Notes under the pieces: generated by a model
Told to the model about the DNA's origin: nothing
The model's input: the letters and a program-made list of their open reading frames with translations, nothing else
Database searches by the model: none
In this document: positions 44,838-54,915 of the stretch, piece by piece
Layout of the letters: each line of letters begins with the position of its first letter
Position numbering within the stretch: the stretch's first letter is position 1
Origin: an uncultured Croceitalea sp.
Lineage (GTDB): Bacteria; Bacteroidota; Bacteroidia; Flavobacteriales; Flavobacteriaceae
NCBI GenBank assembly: GCA_937959125.1
Contig: CALGQU010000024.1
Coordinates: 16,796 to 80,795, forward strand
DNA: 64,000 nt
Direction: 5' to 3'
Program-made: the position numbers and the translations under genes

Positions 44838-45240
44838 AATTTTAATGAGTATAGGTTGAGTTAAACATTCTCATACTGGATTTAATAAATTCACAAATAC
44901 TTTCCTATTAAATTTGCAAATATCCAATCACAACCCTCCAAAAGTAGGAAATTGGAAATCTCGTTAAATAATTGTTAACTCGACAAAAACTAGACATTAA
45001 CAAATTAATTCAACTGTACAATTGCCTCATCCAATCCATAAAACCCATATTCTGCCTAAAAACCCAACTTGACATTTAGAAACAATACCGCTTATCCTTA
45101 CCTAGACCAATAAACCGATCACCATTGAAATAAAAACCTGTTTTTCAATTAATTAACGCATATCCCAAAGAATCATTCAAATAGAGTGATGTCAAAAATA
45201 CCTTCATATGCCTACTAGACAAAATCTAGCTATTCACTGC

Positions 45241-45260
45241 TGTTCAGTTTTTGTTCAGTT
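45241..45260. promoter_or_regulatory. candidate operator: direct repeat tgttcagtt x2 at 11-bp spacing
   Basis: tgttcagtt at 45241-45249 and 45252-45260, flanked by ttcact on both sides. Lies in the 641-bp susC / GH117 divergent region. Confidence 0.2.
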
Positions 45261-45478
45261 CACTCAAATTATTGGGAACTCCATTTATGTATCTTGTGTC
45301 ATTATTGTCAATATAGCAAATAGTGGCGTTGATAATTAAGAACATTTTAATAAACCGGCTTACTTTTTTAGGTATTTGAATGTTTAGCGTGTTCTTAAGA
45401 ATTATTAGAATACTAGCAGTAAGATTAATACTTGCTTCCACATTTTGCGCCAAGATTGATGAAAATCAAAACATAGTA

Positions 45479-46606
45479 ATGGATGACCAACATATAACAG
45501 AAGAACAATTGGACAAACTTGGGATAACCAATAAGGATTGTCTTAGTGCGGCCTCTAAAAGAGCATTACAATGGAAGTATACCTCAAACGATTGGTTTAT
45601 TGAGTTTGACCCTATTACACCCTTAAAAGGGGATTTGGCCTATGAAGAAGGCATCGTAAGAAGGGATCCCAGTGCCGTTATTAAGGTAAACGGGAGTTAT
45701 TATGTTTGGTATAGTAAAAGCTACGGCCCAACCCAAGGTTTTGCCGGGGACTTGGAAAATGACAAGGTATTCCCTTGGGATAGATGTGATATTTGGTATG
45801 CCACTTCTAAAGATGGAATAACTTGGACGGAAGAAGGTATTGCCGTTCCCAGAGGAAAAAAAGGAGCCTATGACGATCGCTCGGTTTTTACGGCAGAAAT
45901 CATGGTACATGACGGAAAGTACTATTTAAGTTATCAAACCGTAAAATCCCCCTATACCGTCCGTGTAAAGAACCAAGTAGGATTGGCATGGGCAGAAAGC
46001 CCAAATGGACCTTGGCAAAAACTTCCGGAACCCATATTGAGTCCTGCGGATAATGGGATATGGGAAGGGGAAGAAGACAATAGGTTCAAAGTCATCAAAA
46101 AAGGGGATTTTGATAGTCATAAAGTCCATGATCCCTGTATCCTTCCCTTCAATGGAAAATTCTACCTCTATTATAAAGGAGAACAAATGGGCGAAGAAAT
46201 CACTTTTGGCGGAAGGCAAATACGCCATGGGGTAGCTATAGCGGACAATCCTTTGGGACCTTATATCAAATCTCCCTACAACCCCGTAAGTAACAGCGGC
46301 CATGAAATTTGTGTATGGCCCTACAATAATGGCATTGCCTCTTTGATTACCACGGACGGCCCGGAGAAAAATACCCTACAATGGTCACCGGACGGTATCA
46401 ACTTTGAAATTATGGCGGTAATCCAAAATCCTCCCCACGCTATAGGTCTCAATAGATCAGTCGAAACGGGGAAAGAACCAACGGAAATTCTTAGATGGGG
46501 ATTGACCCATATATATAATAATGATGACTACCAAAGCATACTGGGGTTTACCTCAAGAAGGAAAACCGCCCATGTTGCCATTGGGGAAAAAGCAAACCAA
46601 GAATAG
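45479..46606 (+). CDS. GH117 alpha-1,3-(3,6-anhydro)-L-galactosidase-type enzyme, apparently cytoplasmic
   Basis: Motifs VRRDPSAVIKV, YYVWYSKS, WYATSKDGITWTEEG, NSGHE. I prefer the ATG at 45479 (MDDQHITEEQL...) over 45380, whose 33 extra codons are AT-rich and Arg-interrupted. Confidence 0.8.
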   Translation: MDDQHITEEQLDKLGITNKDCLSAASKRALQWKYTSNDWFIEFDPITPLKGDLAYEEGIVRRDPSAVIKVNGSYYVWYSKSYGPTQGFAGDLENDKVFPWDRCDIWYATSKDGITWTEEGIAVPRGKKGAYDDRSVFTAEIMVHDGKYYLSYQTVKSPYTVRVKNQVGLAWAESPNGPWQKLPEPILSPADNGIWEGEEDNRFKVIKKGDFDSHKVHDPCILPFNGKFYLYYKGEQMGEEITFGGRQIRHGVAIADNPLGPYIKSPYNPVSNSGHEICVWPYNNGIASLITTDGPEKNTLQWSPDGINFEIMAVIQNPPHAIGLNRSVETGKEPTEILRWGLTHIYNNDDYQSILGFTSRRKTAHVAIGEKANQE

Positions 46607-46610
46607 CGTT

Positions 46611-47627
46611 ATGATAGCTACAGAATATCACGGAGATAAAACATTTAAAGTAGTGGACCGGAAGGTAGTCGAACCCGCCGAAGGGGAAGTACGCATTAAA
46701 GTAGCCTATGTAGGCGTATGTGGTACCGATGTCCATATCTATCATGGCATGATGGACAAGCGAGTGGATATTCCCGTGACCATAGGTCATGAAATGTCTG
46801 GCACCATAGATGCCCTTGGAGCTGGGGTTACCGGTTTTAAGGTAGGTGAAAATATCGTCGTCCGCCCTTTGGACGATAGAAAGGCAAAACCTTCGGATAA
46901 GGGGTTCAACCATATCTGCGAGGAACTCAAATTTATTGGTATAGACAGTCCCGGTGCCATGCAACAGTATTGGAACGTACCTGCCTTTACCTTACACAAA
47001 CTTCCCGCAACAACCGATTTAAAATTGGCGGCCTTAGTGGAACCCTTATCCGTTGCGGTCCATGACGTACGCATGAGCGGACTGCAAAAAGGGGAAACCG
47101 CCGTTGTATTAGGTGGTGGGCCTATTGGCCTATTAGTGGCATTGGCTGCCCAAGAAAAAGGGGCAAACGTCATCGTATCCGAAGTCAACGAAAAAAGAAT
47201 CGTAAAGGCCAAGGAATTGGGCTTAAACGCGCAAAGCCCATTAAAAATAGATTTAGTGGACTATGTACACAAGGAAACGGAAGGTCGCTTGGCGGACGTC
47301 GTTTTTGAAGTAGCCGGAGTACAACCTGCGTTGGATGTCATGACCGAAATTGCAGGTATCCGCGGAAGAATAGTAATGGTAGCCATCCATGGACAGAAAA
47401 AGGAGATTGACCTTTTTAAATTCTTTTGGAAGGAATTAAAACTTATAGGGGCCAGGGTTTATGAAAAAGAAGATTATGAAAATGCCATTGCATTAATTAG
47501 TGGTTCCTCGCTGCCTTTTTCCAAAATGATTACAGATGTGCAACCCTTGAGCAACATACAACAGGTTTTTGAAAAAATAGACAACAATCCAGATGGGCTA
47601 AAAGTGCTTATGGATTGCCAATTATAA
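46611..47627 (+). CDS. Zn-dependent dehydrogenase (sorbitol/threonine-DH-like); candidate 2-keto-3-deoxy-L-galactonate 5-dehydrogenase
   Basis: VCGTDVHIY, GHEMSGTI, GGGPIGLL. The usual 4-Cys structural-Zn lobe is not visible. The ATG at 46611 lies 4 nt after the GH117 stop; the ORF-track start at 46521 overlaps GH117. Confidence 0.7.
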   Translation: MIATEYHGDKTFKVVDRKVVEPAEGEVRIKVAYVGVCGTDVHIYHGMMDKRVDIPVTIGHEMSGTIDALGAGVTGFKVGENIVVRPLDDRKAKPSDKGFNHICEELKFIGIDSPGAMQQYWNVPAFTLHKLPATTDLKLAALVEPLSVAVHDVRMSGLQKGETAVVLGGGPIGLLVALAAQEKGANVIVSEVNEKRIVKAKELGLNAQSPLKIDLVDYVHKETEGRLADVVFEVAGVQPALDVMTEIAGIRGRIVMVAIHGQKKEIDLFKFFWKELKLIGARVYEKEDYENAIALISGSSLPFSKMITDVQPLSNIQQVFEKIDNNPDGLKVLMDCQL

Positions 47628-47642
47628 ACGTGTAAACACAAA

Positions 47643-48413
47643 ATGGGAATATTGGACAAATTTAAGCTTGAAGGAAAAACAGCACTAGTAACAGGCTGTA
47701 AACGTGGGATTGGCAAGGCCATGGCCATTGGATTGGCGGAGGCGGGTGCCAATATTATTGGCGTAAGTGCCACGTTGGAATCCCAAGGAAGCCAAGTAGA
47801 GCAAGAAGTAACCGCACTTGGCAAAACTTTTAAAGGCTACGCCTGTGATTTTAGCGACCGTAAGGCCTTATACCAGTTTATTGCACAGGTAAAATCGGAT
47901 TTTCCTGTTATCGATATCTTGATCAATAATGCCGGTACCATCTTGCGTGCCCCAGCAGCGGAGCATTCCGATGAGTATTGGGACAAGGTTATAGAGGTCA
48001 ACCAAAATGCCCAGTTTATCCTTACTAGGGAAATAGGTAAGGAAATGGTTTCCCGCGGTAGCGGAAAGATAGTATTCACTGCTTCGCTTTTAACCTTTCA
48101 AGGAGGTATTACGGTACCGGGTTATGCTGCAAGTAAGGGTGCCATAGGCCAAATGACCATGGCTTTTGCCAACGAATGGGCCGGTAAGGGCGTCAATGTC
48201 AATGCCATTGCACCTGGCTATATCAGCACCGATAATACGGAAGCCTTACGAAACAATCCGGAACGTGCCGATTCTATCTTAGCGAGAATACCATCTGGAC
48301 GATGGGGCGAACCCGAGGATTTTGCAGGGCCGGTAGTCTTCTTGGCATCAGAGGCAGCAGCGTATATGAACGGTAGCATCGTACTGGTCGACGGTGGATG
48401 GATGGGCAGATAA
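47643..48413 (+). CDS. KduD-like short-chain dehydrogenase (2-dehydro-3-deoxy-D-gluconate 5-dehydrogenase family)
   Basis: 256 aa. Aligns by eye with E. coli KduD end to end (LEGKxALVTGC, ILINNAG, SxxxQGG, YxASK, NVNAIAPGY, RIPxGRWG, DGGW). Confidence 0.85.
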   Translation: MGILDKFKLEGKTALVTGCKRGIGKAMAIGLAEAGANIIGVSATLESQGSQVEQEVTALGKTFKGYACDFSDRKALYQFIAQVKSDFPVIDILINNAGTILRAPAAEHSDEYWDKVIEVNQNAQFILTREIGKEMVSRGSGKIVFTASLLTFQGGITVPGYAASKGAIGQMTMAFANEWAGKGVNVNAIAPGYISTDNTEALRNNPERADSILARIPSGRWGEPEDFAGPVVFLASEAAAYMNGSIVLVDGGWMGR

Positions 48414-48537
48414 TTATTAAAAAAAGTAAACTGCCTCGAGGAAAGCCCACGAGGTAGTTGCAAGAAACAAGATTTTAATTTTAAGGCATGCCCAGAGGTA
48501 TTATACCCTTTGGCAGTGCCAATTAAAGAACGAACAA

Positions 48538-49992
48538 ATGGCAGCTATAAAGGAATACCAACTTTTTATCAACGGAAAATGGGTGACCTCAACTTCCGGT
48601 GAGACCATTGACATTATCAATCCTTCCAATGAGGAGGTCATTGCCAAAGTACAGAACGGAACCTCGGAAGAAGCCATACAAGCACTGGAGGCAGCGGACA
48701 AAGCACAAAAAAGCTGGAAAAAATTACCGGCAAAAAGCAGGGCTGACCTCCTTTATAAATTGGCGGATGAGATTGATGCCAATCTGGATAGACTTGCGGA
48801 ACTATTGGTGCGTGAACAGGGTAAATTACTGAAAGTAGCCAAAATGGAAACCGCAGTAACCGCTTCTTTCATAAGATATGCCTGTGAAGGGGCCCGGCGT
48901 ATTGAAGGGGACATTATCCCTTCTGACAATGAGAATGAACAAATTTGGATTCAAAAGGTACCTCGTGGTGTGGTCGTTGCGATTACCGCATGGAATTTTC
49001 CCTTGGCACTTGCCGGTCGCAAACTGGGACCCGCTTTAGTGGCAGGAAATACCATTGTCATCAAACCCACATCGGAAACCCCATGTGCCACTTTGGAATT
49101 GGGGTATTTGGCCCAAAAAGTGGGTATTCCGGATGGAGTCATCAATATTCTTACAGGACCCGGACGTGCCATGGGTAATACCTTGGTAGAAAACCCCATC
49201 ACAAAAATGGTGACCATGACCGGTTCTACCCCCGTTGGGCAACAAATTGCGCGAAACGCAGCACAAAATCTTACCCATGTACAGTTGGAACTTGGCGGTA
49301 AAGCACCCTTTATTGTTTTTGGGGATGCCGATATCGATGCCGCCGTGGATGCAGCATTACATTCCCGTTTTGACAACTGCGGCCAGGTCTGTACCTGTAA
49401 CGAAAGGATGTACCTCCACGAATCCATTTACGATTCGTTCATGGAAAAATTCGTAGCAAAGACCAAAGCCCTAAAAGTAGGCGACCCTATGCTAGAAGAT
49501 ACGGATATGGGACCCAAAGTGAACAAGAACGAGTTGGAACATATGGAACATCTGGTAGCTATTAGCTTAAAAGAAGGGGCCGTATTGGCCACCGGGGGCA
49601 AACGCGTATCCGGTTCCGGTTTTGAAAAAGGATACTGGTTTGAACCTACCGTACTTACAGGGGTCACACAAGAGATGACCATTGTCCATGAAGAGTCTTT
49701 TGGCCCTATTCTACCGGTATTGAAATTCAAGACTTTTGAGGAAGTGGTAGGTTACGCCAACGATTGTGAGTACGGCCTCTCCGCTATGGTATTTACCAAC
49801 GATATGAATACGATAATGAAATGTAACGACGAGTTGGAATACGGCGAAATCTATATCAATAGGGGGCATGGGGAACAACACCAAGGTTTCCACAATGGCT
49901 ATAAATTAAGTGGTTCCGGTGGTGAAGATGGCAAATACGGCTTTGAGCAATACTTGGAAAAAAAGACTTTTTACATTCGTCATAAAGCATAG
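48538..49992 (+). CDS. NAD(P)-dependent aldehyde dehydrogenase (AldA-like); candidate 3,6-anhydro-L-galactose dehydrogenase
   Basis: 484 aa. [33 protein letters not shown], catalytic Cys in [15 protein letters not shown]. Strong by-eye similarity to E. coli AldA. Confidence 0.8.
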   Translation: MAAIKEYQLFINGKWVTSTSGETIDIINPSNEEVIAKVQNGTSEEAIQALEAADKAQKSWKKLPAKSRADLLYKLADEIDANLDRLAELLVREQGKLLKVAKMETAVTASFIRYACEGARRIEGDIIPSDNENEQIWIQKVPRGVVVAITAWNFPLALAGRKLGPALVAGNTIVIKPTSETPCATLELGYLAQKVGIPDGVINILTGPGRAMGNTLVENPITKMVTMTGSTPVGQQIARNAAQNLTHVQLELGGKAPFIVFGDADIDAAVDAALHSRFDNCGQVCTCNERMYLHESIYDSFMEKFVAKTKALKVGDPMLEDTDMGPKVNKNELEHMEHLVAISLKEGAVLATGGKRVSGSGFEKGYWFEPTVLTGVTQEMTIVHEESFGPILPVLKFKTFEEVVGYANDCEYGLSAMVFTNDMNTIMKCNDELEYGEIYINRGHGEQHQGFHNGYKLSGSGGEDGKYGFEQYLEKKTFYIRHKA

Positions 49993-50000
49993 CATCCCTC

Positions 50001-51092
50001 GTGAAAGACCCAATAAAAAGTATCCATTGCAAACTGTTTAAAGTTCCCTTACCAGAGGTGCTCAATGACGCCAAACATGGTGACCATACCCACTTTGAGT
50101 TAGTAACAACAACCCTTGTAACCCAAAACGGCTATGAGGGCACGGGATATACCTATACCGGGGGAAAAGGAGGCCATGCCATTAAAGCCATGGTCATGCA
50201 CGATTTTTCCCATGCACTCATTGGTAAGGATGCTACCGATATTGACGGTATTTATGATTTTATGGAATGGCACATTCACTACGTAGGACGTGGTGGTGTT
50301 GCTTCTTTTGCCATATCCACCATAGATATTGCCCTATGGGACATTCACTGTAAAAAAGCGGGACAACCACTCTGGAAAATGACGGGAGGAAAGGACAATA
50401 CCTGTAAAGCCTATTGTGGCGGAATCGACCTACAATTCCCCATTCCTAAATTGCTTAAGAACATGGAAGGCTATTTGGCCAATGGGTTCAATGCCGTAAA
50501 AATTAAAATTGGCCGTGAGCAACTGTCAGAGGATTTGGAACGTATCAAAGCCGTTCGCGAGTTCATAGGACCGGACATTACTTTTATGGTCGATGCCAAC
50601 TACTCCATGGATGTGGATAAAGCCATCAAGGCAATTGAAGGTTTTAGACCATACGATATTACATGGTTTGAAGAACCCATTATTCCTGATAATTATAAAG
50701 GATTTGCAGAAATTGTGGACAGGACCGGTTTTCCGTTGGCCATGGGGGAAAACCTTCATACCATCCATGAGTTTGAATATGCTTTTGACCAAGCAAAACT
50801 ATCGTTCATCCAACCCGATGCCTCCAACTGTGGCGGAATTACCGGATGGTTAAAAGCCGCAAGATTGGCTGCAAAATACCAAATACCCGCATGTTCACAT
50901 GGAATGCAGGAATTGCATGTAAGCTTGGTCTCCGCCCAGCCCAATGCGGGTTGGTTGGAAGTCCATAGTTTTCCCATAGATGAATATACGGAACGCCCAC
51001 TGGTAGTAGAAAACCATAGGGCAGTAGCTCCTGATATCCCGGGAACAGGTGTGAATTTTAACTGGTCAAAATTGGCACCTTATCAACAATAA
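50001..51092 (+). CDS. enolase-superfamily (mandelate-racemase subgroup) enzyme; candidate 3,6-anhydro-L-galactonate cycloisomerase
   Basis: 363 aa. [32 protein letters not shown] start 8 nt after the ALDH stop, with no nearby in-frame ATG. Confidence 0.7.
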   Translation: MKDPIKSIHCKLFKVPLPEVLNDAKHGDHTHFELVTTTLVTQNGYEGTGYTYTGGKGGHAIKAMVMHDFSHALIGKDATDIDGIYDFMEWHIHYVGRGGVASFAISTIDIALWDIHCKKAGQPLWKMTGGKDNTCKAYCGGIDLQFPIPKLLKNMEGYLANGFNAVKIKIGREQLSEDLERIKAVREFIGPDITFMVDANYSMDVDKAIKAIEGFRPYDITWFEEPIIPDNYKGFAEIVDRTGFPLAMGENLHTIHEFEYAFDQAKLSFIQPDASNCGGITGWLKAARLAAKYQIPACSHGMQELHVSLVSAQPNAGWLEVHSFPIDEYTERPLVVENHRAVAPDIPGTGVNFNWSKLAPYQQ

Positions 51093-51165
51093 ACTGAGAA
51101 ACACCGAATACTAAATACTATTTTTTTTAAGTGTAAACGAAACATCACCAACCAATACCCACAGC

Positions 51166-52725
51166 ATGGAAAATAAAAACAAATACATCATCAAAATTGC
51201 GTCCATAGTAGCCTTGGGAGGCTTTATCCTAGGCTTTGACGCTTCTGTAATTTCAGGAACGTTAAGCTTTGTGGAGTCGGAATTTTCCTTGAACGAAATA
51301 CAGTTGGGGTGGTTGGTAAGCTCCATCACCCTAACAGCGGCCTTAGGCACCTTTATCGCCGGGCCTTTAAGTGACACCTATGGTAGAAGGCGGGTCTTAA
51401 AATTTGCCGCCGTTCTCTTTGCCGTATCCGCATTGGGTTCTGCTTTGGCCACATCCTTTAGTGTCCTGATCATCGCCCGTTTGATCGGTGGCTTTTCCGT
51501 TGGGGCCGCCTTGATCATTGCCCCGGTATACATTGCAGAAGTAAGTCCCGCAGAGAAAAGGGGGCAAATGGTTTCTTTTAACCAACTGAATATTGTTGTT
51601 GGGATTTCCATTGCATTCTTTACCAACTACTTGATCTTAAAACTAGGACAAAAAGACTTGGCCTGGGTACAATCCTTGGGTATTGACAAATGGAACTGGC
51701 GATGGATGTTGGGCCTTGAGATCCTCCCCGCCTTTCTATACTACTTGGGCCTCCATACCGTGCCTCGTAGCCCTAGGTGGTTGACCCTAAACGGTTTTAA
51801 TGACCGGGCCTTGGAAGTCATGGAAAAATTTACCACCAAAAAAGATGCTATTTATCAAATGGACTGCATTTTGGAAAGCATTAAACAAGACCGCAAAAAG
51901 GAAAAGGTCCATATACGGGAAATCTTCAAAAAGAATATGCGCTTAGTGCTTACCGTTGGTTTGGTGGTGGCCATGTTTCAGCAATTGGTGGGCATCAATA
52001 GTGTCATGTTTTATGCCCCCATGATCTTTGAGCAGACCGGTATTGGTACCGACGCCTCATTCTTACAAGCCATTTTAGTTGGCTTGGTGAATTTGGTCTT
52101 TACCATTTTGGCCATGGCCATTATTGATAAAGTAGGGAGAAAACCCCTATTGGTAAGTGGTATGTTGGGCATGGCCATATGTCTTTTTGTTTTGGCCTAT
52201 GGGTTTAAAACGGCAACCTATTCCTTGAGTGAAGATGCGATTGCCGGTCTTCCCAAAGAAATCAATACAGCACAACTTATTCCGTTGACCGACCAGACTT
52301 TTGATAATGATGTCGCTTTTAAAGAAGCCATGTACGGTGCCATGGGTGATGAAACCTTCAAGAAAAATGAAGCGGCCATCATCACCGCTTCCGCTAACAT
52401 TAATGGTACGCTTATTTTGTTGGGTATTCTAGGTTTTGTTTCCTTTTTTGCCATGTCCATTGGTCCATGCATGTGGGTCTTGTTTTCGGAACTCTTTCCC
52501 AACCGGGTCCGCGGTATTACCATTTCCTTTGTTGGCTTGATCAATCTTGCCGTTGCTTTCTTGGTACAATTGGTATTTCCCTGGGAACTTGAAAACTTTG
52601 GCAATACCATCACTTTTTTAATTTATGCCGTTTTTGCCGTAATCGGTTTGGCATTTATCATTGCCAAAGTACCAGAAACCAAAGGAAAATCCTTGGAAGA
52701 ATTAGAAACACAACTTGTAAAATAA
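51166..52725 (+). CDS. sugar-porter-family MFS transporter (XylE/GalP-like) with a large extra loop
   Basis: 519 aa. GFDASVISG, GRRR, PESPRWL-like PRSPRWL, ELFPNRVRG, PETKG. An insert of about 65 aa lies at 52200-52410. Confidence 0.85.
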   Translation: MENKNKYIIKIASIVALGGFILGFDASVISGTLSFVESEFSLNEIQLGWLVSSITLTAALGTFIAGPLSDTYGRRRVLKFAAVLFAVSALGSALATSFSVLIIARLIGGFSVGAALIIAPVYIAEVSPAEKRGQMVSFNQLNIVVGISIAFFTNYLILKLGQKDLAWVQSLGIDKWNWRWMLGLEILPAFLYYLGLHTVPRSPRWLTLNGFNDRALEVMEKFTTKKDAIYQMDCILESIKQDRKKEKVHIREIFKKNMRLVLTVGLVVAMFQQLVGINSVMFYAPMIFEQTGIGTDASFLQAILVGLVNLVFTILAMAIIDKVGRKPLLVSGMLGMAICLFVLAYGFKTATYSLSEDAIAGLPKEINTAQLIPLTDQTFDNDVAFKEAMYGAMGDETFKKNEAAIITASANINGTLILLGILGFVSFFAMSIGPCMWVLFSELFPNRVRGITISFVGLINLAVAFLVQLVFPWELENFGNTITFLIYAVFAVIGLAFIIAKVPETKGKSLEELETQLVK

Positions 52726-52747
52726 CACCTAAGTAAATTTTGGAACC

Positions 52748-54850
52748 ATGAAAATAGTAGTATACACCTTTTTGGCCAGCTGTGCGCTTATCTTAGTTTC
52801 TTGTACTGAAAAAGCAGAAAAACCAACGAAAGATGAGATGGTGCTTTTTGATTTTGAAGAAGGATTTGATCAAAGTATGGTGCATCCGCAAGATGCTACC
52901 TATTCCATGCAAACCAAGGAAGAAAATACCTTTATACTAGTTACCAACGGCTATACCATTAAAGAGCCGGGAGTTGTCTTGAAATCAACCAAGGATGCGC
53001 CTTGGGATTTGAATGGATATCAAGAAGTAAAAGCGGATATTTCCAATGTTGGGGATGAGTTTATACAGGTTGAAATGTTCGTAGGCAACGACCCTGATGG
53101 CCTTAAACGTTGGTATTGTTCAGATTACGTAGACCTTGAGCCAGGCGAAAGCAAAACAATTACCGTTCCTTTGGCATGGACTTCTTGGATACACGAACCA
53201 CAACCGGAAATTTTGGGGATGCGTGGCGTACCCGGCCAGCTTAAAACCGATATTTCTAAAATACAGGAAATCACCTTCAATAGTAGATACGCTTATAAGA
53301 AAAATAATTTTACCATAGACAATGTGAGGGCCATAGGTAAGTTTGAAAAAAAGGATCCTTCCAATGTATTTCCTTTCATTGATGAATTTGGACAGTACAA
53401 ACATGAAGATTGGGTGACCAAGATACATTCCGTAGCGGAGCTAAAGAACAGCATAGCGGAAAACGCCAAAGATTTGGAGAATCATCCGGGACCTGATCAC
53501 CGAAATAAATTTGGTGGATGGACAGCAGGACCAAAACTTGAAGCGACCGGTTTTTTTAGATCGGAAAAGGTAGATGGCAAATGGTGGATGGTAGACCCGG
53601 AAGGGTATCTCTTCTGGTCCGCAGGAGTGAATTGCGTAGCATCTGAAAGTGTATATTCCGGTATTGAGGGCAGGGAGCATTATTTTGAAAAAATACCAGC
53701 AAAAGAAGATGTTCCAGAGCATTTCTTTAATGATGGTGTTTATACCTCCCATGGCTTTTATAAGGATAAGGCAACCTACCAGATGTTCAATTTTTACCAA
53801 AACAACCTCTATAAAAAGTATGATGGGGAATGGCATACCAATTTTAAAGAATTGGCGCATCAACGTTTAAAGAGTTGGGGGTTGAATACGGTAGGGTTTG
53901 TTTCTGATAATGAGTTGATCTCCCAACAACGCACTCCCTATGTAGGATCTATTTGGATTACGGATACCCCAAAGATTGAGGGTTCCCAAGGATTTTGGGG
54001 TAAGTTCCATGACGTTTTTGACCCTAACTTCAGGTTGGCCGTCAAGAATTCCGTGGAACGCCAAAAAGAAGGTGCCGGTGACCCGTGGTGTATTGGGTAT
54101 TTTGTGGACAATGAACTTTCTTGGGGCGCTTTGGGTTCCCTTGCTGTAGGCACTCTGCAGAGTCCGGCGACACAACCGGCGAAAATTGAGTTTGTAAAGG
54201 ATTTACGTACCAAATATCAAGATATTGCCAAATTAAATGCCGTTTGGGGCACCCAACACCGTTCTTGGGCGGCGCTCTTGGAAACTATGGAAGCCCCAGA
54301 CACCAAAAAGGCCCAAGTTGACCTATTAGCCTTTTATCAGAAAATAGCCGAAACGTATTTTAACGTAATCAACGGGGAACTAAAAAAGGTGGCCCCTAAC
54401 CAAAACTATCTTGGTTGTAGGTTTGCTTGGAAAAACAATGCTATTGTCTTAACGGCAGCGAGCCATTATATGGACATCATGAGTTTTAATAAATACGAAT
54501 ACAGTATAGAAAATATAGGATTACCAAAAGGGGTGGACAAGCCCATGCTTATTGGGGAATTCCATTTTGGGGCAAAGGACAGGGGCCTCTTCCATGCAGG
54601 GGTCAAAGCTGCTGAAAGCCAAGAAGATCGTGGCATAAAGTACCAAGCGTATATCCAAGGGGCGTTCAAAAACCCAAACATTGTTGGTGCGCACTGGTTC
54701 CAATACCTGGACCAACCCTTGACCGGAAGGTTTGATGGTGAAAACTATAACGTAGGGCTTTTGGATATTGCAGATAACCCTCATAAACCCATGATCGATA
54801 AGATGCGGGAAACGCTTTACGATATGTATAGTTATCGAACCGCACAGTAA
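52748..54850 (+). CDS. GH50-like clan GH-A glycoside hydrolase, lipoprotein, paralogue 3
   Basis: 700 aa. Signal LILVSC. Shares NKFGGWTAGPKLEATGFFRSEKVDGKWWMVDPEGYLFWS, FVDNELSWG and IGEFHFG with the 10873/13213 pair, but has a shorter N-domain. Confidence 0.6.
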   Translation: MKIVVYTFLASCALILVSCTEKAEKPTKDEMVLFDFEEGFDQSMVHPQDATYSMQTKEENTFILVTNGYTIKEPGVVLKSTKDAPWDLNGYQEVKADISNVGDEFIQVEMFVGNDPDGLKRWYCSDYVDLEPGESKTITVPLAWTSWIHEPQPEILGMRGVPGQLKTDISKIQEITFNSRYAYKKNNFTIDNVRAIGKFEKKDPSNVFPFIDEFGQYKHEDWVTKIHSVAELKNSIAENAKDLENHPGPDHRNKFGGWTAGPKLEATGFFRSEKVDGKWWMVDPEGYLFWSAGVNCVASESVYSGIEGREHYFEKIPAKEDVPEHFFNDGVYTSHGFYKDKATYQMFNFYQNNLYKKYDGEWHTNFKELAHQRLKSWGLNTVGFVSDNELISQQRTPYVGSIWITDTPKIEGSQGFWGKFHDVFDPNFRLAVKNSVERQKEGAGDPWCIGYFVDNELSWGALGSLAVGTLQSPATQPAKIEFVKDLRTKYQDIAKLNAVWGTQHRSWAALLETMEAPDTKKAQVDLLAFYQKIAETYFNVINGELKKVAPNQNYLGCRFAWKNNAIVLTAASHYMDIMSFNKYEYSIENIGLPKGVDKPMLIGEFHFGAKDRGLFHAGVKAAESQEDRGIKYQAYIQGAFKNPNIVGAHWFQYLDQPLTGRFDGENYNVGLLDIADNPHKPMIDKMRETLYDMYSYRTAQ

Positions 54851-54915
54851 TCAAAATACTAGCATACATTTATGAAATTATGGGTATCTTTCCCAGTAGC
54901 TAACCTAATTTTTTC

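Noticed and set aside
45380-45478. 33-codon N-terminal extension of the GH117 ORF (MFSVFLRIIRILAVRLILASTFCAK...) as a possible signal peptide or lipobox
   Set aside because: The hydrophobic stretch is interrupted by three Arg, and STFC is a poor lipobox. The DNA is as AT-rich as the neighbouring intergenic sequence. The ATG at 45479 gives a typical GH117 N-terminus. Localisation remains somewhat uncertain.
46521-46610. ORF-track start of the Zn-ADH overlapping the GH117 3' end by 86 nt
   Set aside because: The extension (MMTTKAYWGLPQEGKPP...) is unrelated to ADH N-termini. The ATG at 46611 gives MIATEYHGDKTFKVV, matching the family, and sits 4 nt after the GH117 stop.
48414-48537. 124-nt gap inside the L-AHG operon containing the palindrome cctcgagg, as an attenuator or internal terminator
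   Set aside because: The stem is only 4-5 bp, with no U-tract and no leader peptide. The evidence is insufficient to call a regulatory element.
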